A stretch of 64,000 nt of DNA from Acidimicrobiales bacterium. Lineage in GTDB: Bacteria > Actinomycetota > Acidimicrobiia > Acidimicrobiales > CAIXPF01. The notes under the pieces are model-generated. The model was not told where the DNA came from, searched no databases, and was given only the letters and a program-made list of their open reading frames with translations. Positions 18,888 through 28,539 of this stretch are shown here, one piece after another (position 1 is the stretch's first letter; each line of letters opens with the position of its first letter). The stretch is from contig JAWKIM010000015.1 in the NCBI GenBank assembly GCA_041394365.1, positions 69,658 to 133,657 of the forward strand. The letters run 5' to 3'. A program made the position numbers and the translations under genes.

Positions 18888-19069
18888 GGCGATTCGACGG
18901 CGATTCGGCGATCGCCGGCTCAGCGGGAGGGCCGCCACGAGGGGCGTACAGAGATGACCGTCCGACCTGCCTGCCGTACGCTCGGCGGCCAAACATCGTG
19001 TCTGATGACCGGTTCCGAATCGACGGCGAATCGAGCGCGACGGGTTCGGAGGACCCACCGTCGGCCACC
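18888..19069 (-). repeat. dispersed structured repeat, copy 2 (inverted relative to copy 1)
   Basis: Reverse complement aligns with 13477-13662, with conserved terminal blocks and a divergent ~85-nt centre. The leading palindrome is degenerate here (GCCGACGGTGGGTCC). Confidence 0.7.
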
Positions 19070-19111
19070 CGACGCCCCCGACAGCACAAGCCGCGAACCG
19101 GGGGCGGCGGC

Positions 19112-19765
19112 TCAGGCCCCGAGCGGGCGGGCGGGCACCCCGACGACGGTCGTGCCGTCGGGGACGTCGCGGTGCACCAGCGATCCTGCGCCCACCACCA
19201 CGTCGGCGCCGATCGTCACCCCGGGCAGCACCGTGGCCCCGGCGAACACCGTGGAGCGCGCCCCCACCGTCACGCCCCCGCACAGCGTGGCCGACGGGCT
19301 GAGGGTCACGTAGTCGCCCAGCACGTCGTCGTGGCTGACCACGGCGCCGGTGTGCACCTGGCAGTGCTCGCCCAGCGTGATGTTGCCGGTCAGCCGGGCC
19401 CCGGGCGAGACGATGCAGCCGACACCGATGCGCACCCACGGACCGACGGTGGCGTCGGCGTGCACCAGCGTGGCGGGGACCAGGCCCCGGGCGAGGCCCT
19501 CCTCGACCCAGGCCCGGTGGGCGCCATGGTCCCCGGCGGTCACGGCCAGGTGGGCCCCCGCCGGCGCCTGCACCGCGTCGAGCGTCTCGCACAGTGGCAC
19601 CTCGAGCCGGTCGGCCAACTCGGCGAGCAGCGCGCCGGTGCCCACCAGGGCCACGACCTCATAGGCAACGGCGCCGGGCCGGGGTGACCACACCGTGCCG
19701 ATCACCTCGGACGCGGCTCCGGAGGTGGCGGCGATCACGAGCGGGGTGCGGGCGGCAGACGTCAT
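19112..19765 (-). CDS. NeuD/PglB-type sugar O-acyltransferase (left-handed beta-helix, hexapeptide repeats)
   Basis: Last 217 codons of the giant ORF 19112..23530, from MTSAARTPLVIAATSGAA. Hexapeptide region IGVGCIVSPGARLTGNITLGEHCQVHTGAVVSHDDVLGDYVTLSPSATLCGGVTVGARSTVFAGATVLPGVTIGADVVVGAGS. Confidence 0.8.
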   Translation of the reverse strand: MTSAARTPLVIAATSGAASEVIGTVWSPRPGAVAYEVVALVGTGALLAELADRLEVPLCETLDAVQAPAGAHLAVTAGDHGAHRAWVEEGLARGLVPATLVHADATVGPWVRIGVGCIVSPGARLTGNITLGEHCQVHTGAVVSHDDVLGDYVTLSPSATLCGGVTVGARSTVFAGATVLPGVTIGADVVVGAGSLVHRDVPDGTTVVGVPARPLGA

Positions 19766-19866
19766 CGGGCGAGGGCTTTCGGATCGAAGGGCGGCGGGCG
19801 CCGGCAGGCTACCGCCGTGTTCCGTCGCGGCCAGCCCGCAGCCGGGCCCGTTCGGCGAACGCGGCC

Positions 19867-21150
19867 TCAGGCCCCGGCCGGGGAGGGTTCGGCGTCGACC
19901 GGCCGGGCGCCGGGCGGCGGCGCACCGAGCTCGTCGCGCTCGGTCCGGCGGGCGCCGAGCCAGCCGAGCGCCAGCAACGTGGTGACCGCCGCGGCGGCCA
20001 ACCCGACGGCCAGCAGCGTGGTGCGCACCCCGAAGGCGTCGGCCAGCGCGCCCCACACCGGCGCCAGCAGCGCCTGGGAGCCGAAGCCCATCATGGCCAG
20101 CGACATCACCCGACCGTGGAACGCCGGCTCGGCGTTGGACAGCAGCAGCGCGTTGTCCACGAGCATGAACGCGCTGCGCCCGATGCCGAGCGGCACCCCG
20201 GCGGCGATGGCGGCGAGGTAGGTGGGTGCCCCGGCCAGCAGCAGGAACCCGGCCGACATGGTGAACCCGGCCACCACCAGCACGGGCCACGCGTAGCGGG
20301 TGCGCACCACCCCGGCCAGCGGCACGGTGGTCACCAGCCCGGCCACGGCCAGGGCGAGGAACACCATGCCGATCTCGGTGGGGTCGCGGCCGAGCTCCTC
20401 GGAGAGCAGGCCGGGCAGCAGCGTCTGGAAGGCGAAGCCGCACACCACGATGCCGATGAACCCGAGCCACAGGATGCGCAACCGACCCTGCCGCCACACG
20501 TAGCCGAGCCCGGCGGCGAGCTCCGAACGCACCGAGCGGACCTGTCCGGAGGGGCGCTTGGTGTTGGGCAGCCAGGCGGTGATGGGCAGCACGATGGCGA
20601 ACAGCGAGGCCATGAACAGGTAGGCGCCGCCCACCGGCAGGACCGTGCCCACCAGCAGGGCGATGAGCGCCGGCGCCGCCACCTGGGACACGTTCTGGGC
20701 GATCTGCTGGAGGGCGACGGCGTTGGGGAACAGCTCGCGCTCCACCAGTTCGCCGACCCAGGCGGTGCGGGCCGGGCCCATGAAGGCGAAGCCGAGGCCC
20801 ATGATCAGCGTGGCGATGGTCAGCATGGGCACGGTGATCACATCGGTGAGCACGAGGATGCCGGTGGTGAGGATCACCGCCGCCGGGATGGCCTGACCGG
20901 CGAACACCAGCGGCTTCTTGCGCATGCGATCGGCGATGACGCCGCCGATGGGGGACACGAACAACATCCCGATGCCCGACCCCATCTGTGCCAACCCGGC
21001 GGCGGCGTTGGAGCCGGTGATCTCGAACGCCACGCTGGGCACGAGCATGAACGACATCATGAACGCGGTCGTCGCCAGCGTGGAGCCGATCCAGAAGAGC
21101 CGGTAGTTGCGCTGCCCCAGCGCGGCGAACGAGCCCGTCATCAGTGACAT
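19867..21150 (-). CDS. MFS transporter
   Basis: ORF 19867..21150: QRNYRLFWIGSTL, GVIADRMRKK loop, 12 predicted TM segments. Confidence 0.85.
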   Translation of the reverse strand: MSLMTGSFAALGQRNYRLFWIGSTLATTAFMMSFMLVPSVAFEITGSNAAAGLAQMGSGIGMLFVSPIGGVIADRMRKKPLVFAGQAIPAAVILTTGILVLTDVITVPMLTIATLIMGLGFAFMGPARTAWVGELVERELFPNAVALQQIAQNVSQVAAPALIALLVGTVLPVGGAYLFMASLFAIVLPITAWLPNTKRPSGQVRSVRSELAAGLGYVWRQGRLRILWLGFIGIVVCGFAFQTLLPGLLSEELGRDPTEIGMVFLALAVAGLVTTVPLAGVVRTRYAWPVLVVAGFTMSAGFLLLAGAPTYLAAIAAGVPLGIGRSAFMLVDNALLLSNAEPAFHGRVMSLAMMGFGSQALLAPVWGALADAFGVRTTLLAVGLAAAAVTTLLALGWLGARRTERDELGAPPPGARPVDAEPSPAGA

Positions 21151-21213
21151 GGCGGGAGCCTACGGTGTTCGGTCCGGGCGCGCCGCCGCTTCCGGCGCGC
21201 CGGGGGTGGCCGA

Positions 21214-21615
21214 TCAGGCCCGGGGCAGCAGCTGGGTGAGCTCGATCAAGCGGGAGTCGGCCAGCGCCGCCGCCCGCATCGGGGCGATGGCCCGGTAGTC
21301 CGGGTCGGCGAACATGGCCAGGAACTGCCGGCGGGTCGGGTAGCGCACCAGGATGGCCACGTCCCAGCTCTCTTCCCCGATGACGGTGTGCCGAGCCCGT
21401 CCCATCCAGATCGGGGTACCGCCGAAGCGCGGCTCGAGCTCGGCGAACGCCTGGCCATAGCGGTTGTACGCCTCCCGCCCGCTGAGGCCGTCCACGCCGT
21501 GGCCCGCTTCGGCCTCCTCGCGGTAGCGGAGCAGGTTCAGCATGACCACCGGCTCGTCCGGATCGCCTTCGGCCATCGCCGCCAGAGCGGCCTCGTTGCT
21601 GTGCACCGATCCCAT
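21214..21615 (-). CDS. DUF1330 domain protein
   Basis: ORF 21214..21615: PVVMLNLLRY, WDVAILVRYPTRRQFLAMFADPDY. Confidence 0.85.
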   Translation of the reverse strand: MGSVHSNEAALAAMAEGDPDEPVVMLNLLRYREEAEAGHGVDGLSGREAYNRYGQAFAELEPRFGGTPIWMGRARHTVIGEESWDVAILVRYPTRRQFLAMFADPDYRAIAPMRAAALADSRLIELTQLLPRA

Positions 21616-21757
21616 CGCACCGGTCTAGCCGACCGGCCGGCGCGGCCCCACCCGCGGGCACGGGGTGCCCGTTCCCGACGGCCCTACGGTACGGTACGGC
21701 CAGCCCGGCACTTCGGCGCTGGAACGATGACCCGAACACCACCGGGGAGGTCCCACC

Positions 21758-22324
21758 ATGTCCGCAACGGCGCTCCGCCTCGAGGTCGCCCACAGCGTCC
21801 TCTACGTCCACGACGTGGACCGCATGATCGAGTTCTACTCGGCGGTCCTGGGCTTCGAGGTCACCGACCGCGGGCCCCTCGGCGCCGGCGACCAGGAGAT
21901 CATCTTCCTGTCGCAGATCCACAACCACCACCACCAGCTGGCGTTCGTCACCGGCCGGGACGAGCCGTCGCCGTCGAACAACACCCACCACACGGCCTAC
22001 CGCTCGTCGGGCACCCTCGATGACCTCAAGGCGCTGCTCGGCCGGCTCCAGTCCGATCCCGAGGTCACCGCCATCCGGCCGTTGACCCACGGCAACGCCT
22101 GGTCGATCTACTTCCAGGACCCCGAGCGCAACGGCGTGGAGATCTTCATCGACACCCCGTGGCACGTGAAGCAACCGCAGGGCAAGCCGCTCGATCTGAG
22201 CAAGTCCAACGACGAGATCGTGGCAGCCACCCGTGAGGCGTTCGCCGACGAGCCCGAGTTCGGTCCGATCGACGCGTTCTACCAGGCCCGCGCTGAGCAC
22301 CTGACCGAGCGCGCCGAGGGCTGA
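21758..22324 (+). CDS. VOC (glyoxalase/bleomycin-resistance/dioxygenase) family protein
   Basis: ORF 21758..22324: HSVLYVHDVDRMIEFYSAVLGFEV, HHTAYR, SIYFQDPERNGVEIF. Confidence 0.85.
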   Translation: MSATALRLEVAHSVLYVHDVDRMIEFYSAVLGFEVTDRGPLGAGDQEIIFLSQIHNHHHQLAFVTGRDEPSPSNNTHHTAYRSSGTLDDLKALLGRLQSDPEVTAIRPLTHGNAWSIYFQDPERNGVEIFIDTPWHVKQPQGKPLDLSKSNDEIVAATREAFADEPEFGPIDAFYQARAEHLTERAEG

Positions 22325-22349
22325 GCGCCCGCCGCCCCGCCGAAGTGGG

Positions 22350-22379
22350 TTGACCGCGGGATACCCCTGCCGGTATAAA
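22350..22379 (+). promoter_or_regulatory. sigma70-like promoter TTGACC-18 nt-TATAAA overlapped by ATACC-N6-GGTAT inverted repeat, upstream of sqr
   Basis: Read directly: ttgaccgcgggatacccctgccggtataaa, in the only clearly AT-enriched patch of this region, 48 nt before the sqr ATG. Confidence 0.55.
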
Positions 22380-22426
22380 AGGTCCGGACAAATACAGCAT
22401 CGACTTCGCGTCGAGGGGGTACGTCC

Positions 22427-23710
22427 ATGGGGTCCACCGGCAACCGTCGTCACCGTCGGATCGTCATCATCGGCGGGGGCACCGCCGGCGTGGCGGTCGC
22501 CGCCCGACTGACCAACGAGGGGGAGACGGGCATCGCCATCGTCGAGCCCTCCTCGAAGCACTACTACCAGCCGTTGTGGACCCTGGTCGGCGGGGGCGCC
22601 GCCAAGGCCAAGACGTCGGAGCGCAAGCAGGTGGGCCTCATCCCCGCGGGGGTGGAGTGGATCCAGCAGGCGGCGGTCGACATCGATCCCGACGACAAGA
22701 CCGTCACGCTGGCCAACGGCGACGTGCTCGCCTACGACGTGCTCGTCGTCGCGCCGGGCATCCAGGTGGACTGGGACCAGTTGCCGGGGCTCACCGAGAC
22801 CCTCGGCCGCAACGGCGTGTCGTCGAACTACCGCTACGACCTCGCCCCCAAGACCTGGGACATGATCCGCAACATGCGCTCCGGTACGGCCGTGTTCACC
22901 ATGCCGACCGGTCCGATCAAGTGCGCCGGCGCCCCGCAGAAGATCGCCTACCTCGCCGCCGACCACTGGCGTCGCCAGGGTGTGCTGGACAAGATCAACG
23001 TGGTGATGGCCCTGCCGACGCCGGGCATGTTCGGCGTCCCGGAGTTCGCCCGCGTCCTCGAGCAGGTGGTGGAGCGCTACGGCATCGACGTGCGGTTCCA
23101 GACCGTGGCGTCCGAGATCGACCCCGACGCCAAGGAGGTGGTGCTGCACGACCTCGCCGGGGACACCAAGTCCCGTCTGGCCTACGACTTCGTGCACGCG
23201 GTGCCGCCGCAGAGCGCGCCCGATTGGTTGAAGGCCACCAAGCTGGCGGTGCCGGGTGAGGCCAAGGGCTGGGTGGACATCGACAAGAACACGATGCAGC
23301 ACGTGCGCTACCCCGATGTGTTCGCCCTCGGCGACGCCGGCAGCAGCCCCAACTCGAAGACCGGGGCCGCCATCCGCAAGCAGGCCCCGGTGGTGGTGCA
23401 GAACGTCATCGACCACCTGCGCGGCAACGAGATCAACCGTCACTACGACGGCTACGCCTCGTGCCCGATCGTCACCGCTCGCAACAAGATGTTGTTGGCC
23501 GAGTTCGACTACACGTTGCGCGTCCGGCAATACATCGGTCCCGCGCTGATCGACACCTCCAGAAGGAGCGGTTCGACATGTACCTGCTCGCTGGGGCCGC
23601 CGTTCATGTACTGGAACGTGCTGATGAAGGGCAAGGGCGGCCGACCACGCCCGGGCGCTCGCCAGCTGAACTGGCCGGTCGAGGTCTGCTCCCGGCCCGC
23701 CGGCGGGTAG
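22427..23710 (+). CDS. sqr: sulfide:quinone oxidoreductase (type II SQR-like FAD flavoprotein); short compensated frameshift about 23545-23595
   Basis: ORF 22427..23710: IVIIGGGTAGVAVAARL, HYYQPLWTLVGGG, GPIKCAGAPQKIAY, FALGDAGSSPNSKTGAAIRKQ. The expected KERFDMYLL segment appears only in the neighbouring frame, flanked by in-frame LIDTS and PFMYWNVLMKGK. Confidence 0.85.
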   Translation: MGSTGNRRHRRIVIIGGGTAGVAVAARLTNEGETGIAIVEPSSKHYYQPLWTLVGGGAAKAKTSERKQVGLIPAGVEWIQQAAVDIDPDDKTVTLANGDVLAYDVLVVAPGIQVDWDQLPGLTETLGRNGVSSNYRYDLAPKTWDMIRNMRSGTAVFTMPTGPIKCAGAPQKIAYLAADHWRRQGVLDKINVVMALPTPGMFGVPEFARVLEQVVERYGIDVRFQTVASEIDPDAKEVVLHDLAGDTKSRLAYDFVHAVPPQSAPDWLKATKLAVPGEAKGWVDIDKNTMQHVRYPDVFALGDAGSSPNSKTGAAIRKQAPVVVQNVIDHLRGNEINRHYDGYASCPIVTARNKMLLAEFDYTLRVRQYIGPALIDTSRRSGSTCTCSLGPPFMYWNVLMKGKGGRPRPGARQLNWPVEVCSRPAGG

Positions 23711-23760
23711 GCGCTCGGGTGTCCGCTGCCCGGCCGGGTGCCCGACCAGGAGGAGCGCTC

Positions 23761-24059
23761 ATGCAGCTCACTACACGCGCCAAGTGGGAACGGGTGCAGG
23801 CCATCAGGGACCAGGAGTCCATCCCCGGCGACGCGCCGCTGCGCATCGCCCGCAGCGGGGACGACGACGGCGGGCTCAGCATCGGCTTCGTGGCCCAACC
23901 CGATGCCCGCGACGAGGTGGCCGAGGCCCACGGGCTGCGCTACTGCGTGAGCAGGGATCGCTCCGCACTCGGTTCGGCGGTGTTGACGTGGGCGACGGCG
24001 GTGAGCCGCCGTTCGTGCTCCGCCGCAACGGCAACGAGGCCGACGGCACGCCGGGCTGA
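23761..24059 (+). CDS. small HesB/IscA-like (Cys-less) protein, one frameshift near 23960
   Basis: AGGAGG 8 nt upstream of the ATG at 23761. MQLTTRAKWERVQAIRDQESIPGDAPLRIARSGDDDGGLSIGFVAQPDARDEVAEAHGLRYCVS, then continues in the frame of ORF 23784..24059 (VDVGDGGEPPFVLRRNG). Confidence 0.45.
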
Positions 24060-24165
24060 CCGCCACGGCACGCCGACCGCCACGGCCTCGTACTCGACGC
24101 CGGCCTCCATCGGGCCGCCGGCGCGCCATCTCTGGCGGAGCCGCGGATCGCTCGTCTCGGACCGA

Positions 24166-25288
24166 TCACGGTCCTCCGTGGGTCCGGATCCGTCCCCTTG
24201 CGCTCAAGCTGTCGCAGCCGTTGGTGCGCAGCTCGTCGATCGTGTTGGCCGCCACCGCCAGCACCGGGCACCGCAACACCGTGCCCACCAGCCCGGAACA
24301 GCGCGCCGCCGCGGCGATGCCGAGCAACACGGCGAGGTGCAGCTGCAGGGCCCGCCTGTAGGATCACCACCGGTGCCAGCAGGTCGTTGTCGAGTTGCTG
24401 CACCGCCAGCGCCACCGCTGCCACGATCACCGCAGGCGGGGAACCCGCCGTCGCCAGGGTGACCAGCACGGCGATGATCCCGGCGGTGATGGCCCCGATG
24501 ATACGGCAGGAAGGCGAGCACGAACGTGAGCACCGCCACCGGCGCCGCCAACGATGCGCCCATTCAGCACCATGGTCACGCCCACGATCGCCCCTCCACC
24601 ACGCCGAGCAGGGCCGCTTCCTGCAGGTAGCCGCCCAGCGCCTGCCAGGCCCGCCGCCGCCGAGCGCTGGTCCGATCGGCGTGGCGGCCGGTCAGCCGGC
24701 GCGCCAGCGCGCTGAGGCGCGGGCCGTCCTTCAACAGGAAGAACACCACGATGAGCAGCAGCAGGATGCCGATCAGCACCTCGCCGGCGAACACGGCCTG
24801 ATCGGTCAGGCGGGCCTGGTCGGAGGTGATGAACCGCTCGAGCGAGTCCCGGGCGTCGGCCCGCCAGCCCTGCACGTCGGACCGGGTGACGTCGAAGGGG
24901 CTGTCCTCCACCAGCCAGGTCTCGACGTCGTCGACCGCCGTGCCCAGCGTGGTGTCGAGCTGGTCGGTCTGGTTGACGATGGTGGCGGTGGCGATGCCGA
25001 TCACGCCCGCCATCAGCGCCAGGAAGCCCACCAGGGTGACGGCAGGCGCCAGGGCCGACGGCACCCGCCAGGCGGTGAGCCGTCGTTGGACCGGCATGAG
25101 CGCGTCACGAGCACGGCGATGGCCACCGGCACGGCCACCACCAACAACCGGCCCAGCAGCCACAGCGCCGCCCACACGGCGAGGCCGATGATCAGCAGCC
25201 GCCAGGCGTACGCCGCCGACCGGGCGACGAGCGGATGGACCTCGACGTCGGGCCGCGGGCCGGCGGGTGGGCCGCGTGCGCCGCTCAT
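24166..25288 (-). pseudogene. AI-2E (PerM/YhhT) family transporter, at least 4 frameshifts
   Basis: Pieces in three minus frames: MSGARG..AYAWRLLIIGLAVWAALWLLGRLLVVAVPVAIAVL; LMPVQRRLT..IVVFFLLKDGPRL..ALGGYLQ; APVAVLTFVLAFLPY; VTLATAGSPPAVIVAAVALAVQQLDNDLLAPVVI; LHLAVLLGIAAAA. Confidence 0.7.
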
Positions 25289-27620
25289 CGGTCGCCCGCC
25301 ACGTAGCGCGACGCGGCGCCTGGCCGCGGGCTGGCGCACCGGCCGGGGCCTCGAGCCCGGGGATGTCCAGCACTTGCGGGGGAACGGGTCACCGTGATGG
25401 GCCGACCGTGGGGCGTAGTCGAGCGCGCTGCCGGCCAGCAACCGGTAGCTGGCCCGACCGGGGTCGACGGTCACCTGCAAGCGCCGCCGCGCCGGTTGAG
25501 GAAGCGGAGGCGGGACAACCCCGGGGAGGCGGGGAGAACGTCAGCCGCCGCCGTGGTCCCGCATGCCGCCGAACCTGGCCACCGCCACCGACCAGGCGCC
25601 GCCAGCGTTATGATGTGCAGGCCGTCGGCGGTGTTGTCGTGGATGTCGGCGAGGTCGGTGAAGGCGGTCTCGGCCCAGTAGTCGAGGGCGAGCTGCAGGT
25701 GGCCCACCTCGGCGGCGATGATGGCCTGGGCGTACCGACAACGACGAGTCGCGCACCGTGCGGGCCTCGTAGTAGGCGAAGTTCGGGCCTTGGCGGCCGC
25801 GCCGGAAGGCGTCGCCGCAGAGGTACATGGCCAGCACGAGATCGGCCTGCTTGACCACCTGCTTGCGGTAGATCTCGAAGTACGGCGTGCAGCAACAGCG
25901 GGTAGTGCTCGGCCGGGGTGCTCGAAGTCCCATTCGGCGTGCTGGGTGAACCCATCGGACTGCGGCGCACGCTCGAGTTGCTCGTCGTAGGGGATCGCCA
26001 TCGACGTCGCTGCCACGCACCACTGGTCGATCTCGGTCTTCCCACCCCCAGGCGCCGGGCCGCCTCGGGAAGTGGCGGCAGGCGGCGGCCGCCTTCCAGC
26101 AGGTTCCGGCGGGCCATCAGGTTCGTGTACACGGCTTGTCGCCGACCACCGCGGTGTACCTCGCCGGCCGGTCACGCCGTCGATGCGGAACGTCTCGCCG
26201 TCGAAGTGCCCGGCGAGGCCCACAACCGGGCGGTCTCGGTCAGCATTGGTGCGCGCAGCTGGCGGCGAAGTCGTCGTCGCCGGTGACCGCCACGTAGCGG
26301 CTCACCGCCGGCGATGTCGGCGCCCACGTGAACGACGCCGTGCCCGCCGGCCAGTAGCCCGAGCACTCCCGGCCGTCGATCGTGCGCCACGGGAACGCCG
26401 CGCCGCGCTGGCCTGCTTCGGTGGCCCGGCGCGGGCCTGGTCGATCGCCAGCGCCAGCGCAGCGCGCCGCGGGCCGCTTCGGGCGCCGTGTAGGTCAGCA
26501 CCGGCAGCACATACGTCTCGGTATCCCAGAAGGCGGCTCGTCGTAACCCGGCCGGTCAGCTCTTGGCGGGGATGGGCCGCTGCTCGTTGCGGGCCCCGGC
26601 CTGCAGCACGTGGAACAGTCCGAAGCGCACGGCCTGCTGCAGGTGCACGTCGCCGCCGACCTCCACGTCGGTGCCCTCCCAGAACCGCTCGAGGAACTCC
26701 CGCTGCTCCGCGGCGAGAGCTCCCCAGCCGGCCAGGGCGGCGGTGGCCAGCGCCCCTCCACCCGGTCGCGCAGCGCCGGGGCCGAACGCTGGCTCGACCA
26801 GCCGTAGGCCAGGAACTTCACCAACCGCAGGCCACGGCCGGCGGGCAGGCGGCGGCTACCGTGTGTAGCGGGCGAGATCGCCCTCCGGCCTCGATCGAGT
26901 GGCGGCGTCGGGCACGAACAGGTCGTGGTCCATGCCCGCCGCCACCCGCAGTCCGCTGGCCGCGGTGCGGTGCACCAGCACGGCCCGGTCGTCGTGGTGC
27001 ACGGCCAGCTTCGCTGCAGCACCGTGCTCAGCGCGGCGGCCGCTCGCGGGTCCCTTCGTTGGGCCTCGACACGACCGGCTCGTTGGCCAGCAGGTCGGAC
27101 TGCACGGCCACGTACACCGGGCGATCGAGCGGGGTGAGCTCGTAGCTGATGGCGGCGATGGTGCGACGGGTGAGCGACACGAACCGTTGCGAGCGGTTTC
27201 CTCGACCGTGGCCAAAGCCGGGGTGCGCCACACCGTCTGCCGCTGCAGACAACCATGGCGCAGATCGAGCAGCCGCTCGTGCTCGAGCACCGTGCCGTAG
27301 CGCAGGTCGAGGGGCGTCGCCCACGATGGCCCGATGAGCTTGCCGTCGGTGACGTTGACCACCGTCTGGCCGGATTCGGGGTAGCCGTAGGCCAACTCGG
27401 CGTGCGGCAGGGGGCGCTCCTCGTAGAACCCGTTGAGGTACGTGCGCCGGGATCGTGGCGGGGCTCGCCCTCATCGAGCGTGCCCCGCAGGCCGATGTAA
27501 AGGCCGTTGCCCAACGCCAGGATCGCCTCGGTGGCGCCCAGCCGGTCGAGCTCCCGCCCGTCGGTGCGGATGGCCCAGGATCGTCACCCCACCAGCGGTC
27601 GTCGCCGGCTGCCCGCTGCC
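25285..27620 (-). pseudogene. glycoside hydrolase family 65 (maltose/trehalose/kojibiose-phosphorylase-like), many frameshifts
   Basis: GH65-like fragments are scattered over all three minus frames: LGNGLYIGLRG, GYPESGQTVVNVTDGKLI, LRLVKFLAYGWS, FWDTETYVLPVLTYT, MYTNLMARRNL, YFEIYRKQVVKQADLVLAMY, FAYYEARTVRDSSLS, HDNTADGLHI. The reconstructed stop overlaps the AI-2E ATG (ATGA at 25285-25288). Confidence 0.75.
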
Positions 27621-27639
27621 CGGTTCACGCCGGCCCCAA

Positions 27640-28405
27640 CGCTTCGGCGAGATCGCGCACCACCGTCGGCACCGGCAGCGTCGAAGCTCGGCGGCGTGGC
27701 CATCGGCATCGAGGTCGGCGGGGGCGTCGGTGTCCGTGGGGCGTCGGCGTCGACGGGGGGTGTCTGCGTGGGTTGCCCACTTCGGTCGACGCCCACCACC
27801 TACCGAACCCGCCGGTCCGCCGCCCGTACGCCCGCCCGGGCGTTCGAACACGGCGGCGTCCGCCGGCACCACGTCGAGCAGGCGGGCGGCGTTCAGGAAC
27901 GTGTCCGGATGGGCTTGCCGGCCAGGCGCTCCTCGGCGGCCACCACGCCGTCGACCCGCACCGGCTGTGCTGCTCGTCGAGCCCGGCGGCGCAGCACCTG
28001 ACCGGCGCTGGCCGACGCGGTCACCACCGCCGCGCAGACCGGCGTCCCGCCGCCCGCACATACCGCACGGAACCCTCGTACACGGCGACACCGTCGCTGA
28101 GCGCCTCGAGGAAGCTGCTGCTTGTCGACCCAGGCCGTGCACGCTGAGGACGTCGGGCCCGTCGGCGTCGCCACCCTCGGGCAGCCTGGATGCCCTGGCT
28201 GGCCAGGAACCTGCGCACGCCGTCCAGCCGGGCCCGCCCGTCGACGTAGCGCCGGTAGTCGTCGTCGCTGAAGGGCCGGCCTGCTCCGGCGGCTGCGTCG
28301 TGGCGGTCACGGGAGGTACTCGTCGAAGGTCTCTCGCCACGCCGAGGTGGACCTCGGCGGTTCGGGTCAGCACCTCCCGTCGAGATCGAACAGGCAGGCG
28401 CGCGC
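27640..28405 (-). pseudogene. HAD-superfamily beta-phosphoglucomutase-like hydrolase, frameshifted (possibly once fused to the GH65 gene)
   Basis: Fragments LFDLDGVLTRTAEVH-like (VLTRTAEVHLGVARD), FSDDDYRRYVDGRARLDGVRRFLASQGI, DGVAVYEGSVRYVRAA, FLNAARLLDVVPADAAVFE, VVGVDRSGQ. Confidence 0.6.
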
Positions 28406-28539
28406 ATGGTCCGGGAGTCCGAGCATCCTGCCCACCTACCCGGCAATTCGCCGTTCCTACCCGCCGCCCGCCTGGTGCAGGGACGGCCAGCTCGGTCGCC
28501 GGTGCCCCGCCGAAACGTGCACCGGGCGACAGGTTCAGC

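Noticed and set aside
13477-19069. Composite transposon or genomic island delimited by the inverted repeat pair.
   Set aside because: No transposase, integrase, recombinase or target-site duplication could be seen, and GC content is not distinct from the flanks. It is kept only as a hypothesis within the repeat finding.
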